Of a stretch of 64,000 nt of DNA, positions 63,999 to 64,000 are shown piece by piece. The stretch is from contig BTWA01000015.1 in the NCBI GenBank assembly GCA_045863295.1, forward strand, positions 61,408 through 125,407, in the 5' to 3' direction. Within the stretch, counting starts at the first letter, position 1. The number at the start of each line of letters is the position of its first letter. Below the pieces are notes generated by a model. That model searched no databases. It was given only the letters and a program-made list of their open reading frames with translations, and was not told where the DNA came from. This DNA comes from Candidatus Hydrogenedentota bacterium (lineage in GTDB: Bacteria > Hydrogenedentota > Hydrogenedentia > Hydrogenedentales > SLHB01). Position numbers and translations under genes: made by a program.

Positions 63999-64000
63999 GC
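63900..64000. repeat. 24-bp tandem repeat, at least 4.2 copies
   Basis: CCCGCTGTAACCGGCAGTGGCTTG x3, then CCCTCTGTCACCGGCAGTGGCTTG, then a partial unit. Confidence 0.95.

Larger units (their letters stand above)
12128..64000. mobile_element. Temperate prophage, podovirus-like morphology inferred, integrated at tRNA-Val and extending beyond the window
   Basis: Tyrosine integrase near the tRNA, then terminase, portal, scaffold, capsid, adaptor/nozzle, ejected proteins, lysis and replication genes. No tape-measure, tube or sheath gene recognised. attR not in the window. Confidence 0.93.

Noticed and set aside
63900..64000. CRISPR or origin iterons at the right edge
   Set aside because: Head-to-tail 24-bp units with no spacers, in frame within a coding sequence
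12128..64000. attR (duplicate of the tRNA 3' end)
   Set aside because: Not seen by eye in the window; phage genes continue to the edge
12128..64000. Stop-codon reassignment in the prophage
   Set aside because: Genes are full length and tightly coupled under the standard code, using TAA, TAG and TGA stops

Overview
Positions 1-12127 are ordinary bacterial chromosome: cyoE (partial), an mddA-like methyltransferase with a sigma54 promoter and adjacent enhancer-binding protein, yicC-gmk-rpoZ-coaBC, a CPBP protease, deoC, apbE, a Tat-exported Gfo/Idh/MocA oxidoreductase, a YceI protein and tRNA-Val(GAC). A temperate prophage begins just after the tRNA and runs off the right edge (more than 51 kb; no attR or repressor is visible). 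Its left end carries a lipoprotein, a tyrosine integrase, an about 850 bp non-coding block of interleaved direct and inverted motif arrays, and an AT-rich two-gene moron. The rest is one long minus-strand gene run. In transcription order it encodes early/replication genes (Rad50-like ATPase, ParB, SNF2 helicase with nuclease, replication initiator with iterons), terminase, portal, scaffold, capsid and decoration proteins, fibres, lysis genes, podovirus-type adaptor and nozzle proteins, and a 3082-aa polyvalent ejected protein. The most unusual observations are: (1) the motif array beside the integrase; (2) a start-less paralogous copy of the polyvalent protein C-terminus directly behind its stop codon, plus an internal full/hollow cassette duplication; (3) a nozzle protein whose C-terminal domain is amplified about nine times; (4) several virion-module proteins with signal-peptide-like N-termini. 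All product calls come from motif recognition by eye, not database searches.
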